NCBI GenBank assembly: GCA_001179505.1
Contig: CDMY01000759.1
Coordinates: 124,001-188,000 of the forward strand
Reading direction: 5' to 3'
From: Vitrella brassicaformis CCMP3155
Lineage: Eukaryota; Protista; Chromerida
Length of the DNA stretch: 64,000 bases
The translations under genes were made by a program, and so were the position numbers. Every line of letters begins with the position of its first letter. Position 1 is the stretch's first letter. Shown piece by piece: positions 62,422 to 64,000 of the stretch. The notes below the pieces were generated by a model that saw nothing but the letters and a program-made list of their open reading frames with translations, was not told the DNA's origin and did no database searches.

Positions 62422-62563
62422 TCATTGTGTGCTGAGCTTGCAGGTGTCGATCTGCGCCCGCACAGACGGAATCAGCGTCCCCAGGTACTTGGCGCTCTCC
62501 TTCATGTAGCGGGGCCGCTCCGGGGCGTCGAAGTCAACGTACTGCAGCCCAAACCTGCACACA

Positions 62564-62599
<36 letters not shown>

Positions 62600-64000
62600 C
62601 CCATGCACACCCATGGGCNNNNNNNNNNNNNNNNNNNNNNNNNNNNNNNNNNNNNNNNNNNNNNNNNNNNNNNNNNNNNNNNNNNNNNNNNNNNNNNNNN
62701 NNNNNNNNNNNNNNNNNNNNNNNNNNNNNNNNNNNNNNNNNNNNNNNNNNNNNNNNNNNNNNNNNNNNNNNNNNNNNNNNNNNNNNNNNNNNNNNNNNNN
62801 NNNNNNNNNNNNNNNNNNNNNNNNNNNNNNNNNNNNNNNNNNNNNNNNNNNNNNNNNNNNNNNNNNNNNNNNNNNNNNNNNNNNNNNNNNNNNNNNNNNN
62901 NNNNNNNNNNNNNNNNNNGGGGGGGGGGGGGGGGTAAGTGGATGTGTGTATGTGGCAGCCAGCACCTGAAAGAGTCTTTGAGGGTGATCTTTTGTTTCCT
63001 GGGGTTGGGCATGTACTCCTCGTTGACCGCCGACACGCCGTTCTCAGTGATGATGATCGACGGCGGATTATACCTACACACAACCGCCCGCAACCACACA
63101 ACCACACACGGGAATCCTTTCCCCCCTACCCCACTGCCCTCACACACAGATGCGCACCGGTTTTGGACGTATTTGAGCAGCTGGGCCACGCCGAATGGCG
63201 CGGGGTAAAGCCAAATGCTGGCTGCCTCTGGCCCGATGGGCACGCTGAAGCGCTCGTAGCTGCTGCCGTCCTCGTGGCTCTCGTAGAGGGTCGTGTACAT
63301 GTTGAGACCTGCACACACACATGCGCACAGAGAGAGACACAGAGAGACGTCTCTGTGTGTGTGTGGGGTGTGTGCGTAGGTACCGACCGAAGAAGTCGCT
63401 GGAGCCTTTGAGGAGCTCCTTCTCGGCTGGTGTGAACACCTGCCATGGACACACACAAGGGTGTGTGTGTGTGTGTGTGTGTGCAGAGACACAGACGTAC
63501 GGACCGGCATTTTCTTGCCCCATCGTGCTTTGAGCGTTTTGGGGTAGTCGCCCAGATAAATCTACACACCCACACAGACACGCGCAACAGACATTCAGAC
63601 GCACACACGCGCACACACGCATCATAATAAGCGGCCTTGACTCCTTGTGTCTGTTGTCTGGGACATACACACCGGGTCGGCGAACCAGCCGAGCTGTGAG
63701 TCGATGGCGCCCTGTGTGCGGGTGACGTCCTTCGGGTCAGAGGGGTTGTGCGGCACTCGCCACTCTGATCCATGTCATGTGTCGAAGCAAAGGCAGACAC
63801 GCGCATCACAGAGAGGGTGTGGTATGGTCTGTGTCTGTCGAGGATGCTTGGTCATGGCAGGGCATGGGATGGCAGCCTACCGTGGTTGAGAGTGATGCCG
63901 ATGCGCTTGCCCTTCCTTTGGTACTTGCTGCGGAACAGCTTCACTGCCTGATAGATAAGCACAGACACAACACCACACCACACACACCACACAGAGGAGG
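62422..64000 (-). CDS. Glycoside hydrolase family 1 (beta-glucosidase-like), 3' part; gene extends beyond window end
   Basis: RIGITLN, FTPAEKELLKGSSDFFGLNMYT, WLYPAPFGVAQLLKYVQNRY, IIITENG (GH1 nucleophile motif), RFGLQYVDFDAPERPRYMKESA; stop 62422. Confidence 0.92.
62619..62918. other. Scaffold gap (300 N)
   Basis: N run; poly-G on right flank. Confidence 1.

Noticed and set aside
1-64000. Hundreds of six-frame ORFs with VCVCV/THTHT/MDGWMDG translations
   Set aside because: They are read-throughs of intronic microsatellites or antisense shadows of GC-rich exons; many start at non-ATG codons
1-64000. CRISPR arrays, rRNA, tRNA
   Set aside because: Repeats are simple microsatellites or segmental duplications with no repeat-spacer periodicity; no cloverleaf or rRNA-like sequence recognised

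Overview
Eukaryotic, GC-rich, intron-dense draft scaffold. Short GT-AG introns full of (CA/TG)n, (GACA/TGTC)n and (GATG/CATC)n microsatellites, plus eight 300-N scaffolding gaps, suggest a chromerid alveolate such as Vitrella brassicaformis (inference, not a database result). I assembled about 17 spliced gene models by hand. Recognisable products: a dual-specificity phosphatase, a giant protein kinase with a C-terminal DSP-like pseudophosphatase, a calmodulin-like EF-hand protein, a SAP-domain protein, a trypsin-like serine protease, a class I/II PLP aminotransferase, a pRiA4b-ORF3-like/MYND fusion, an LRR protein and a GH1 glycosidase (partial). The rest are hypothetical, secreted or membrane proteins. 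No rRNA, tRNA, CRISPR or recognisable transposase was seen. The two most interesting signals are (1) an 8-mer, TGCGAGCT, which I found only in 5' flanks of genes, and (2) introns whose 5' and 3' ends carry mutually complementary microsatellites that could fold into stems bridging the splice sites. Also notable: a three-exon tandem duplication with a nonsense codon, and an unknown gene family in inverted, frameshifted copies around two gaps (partly a probable assembly artefact). Exon boundaries and start codons are manual and approximate.
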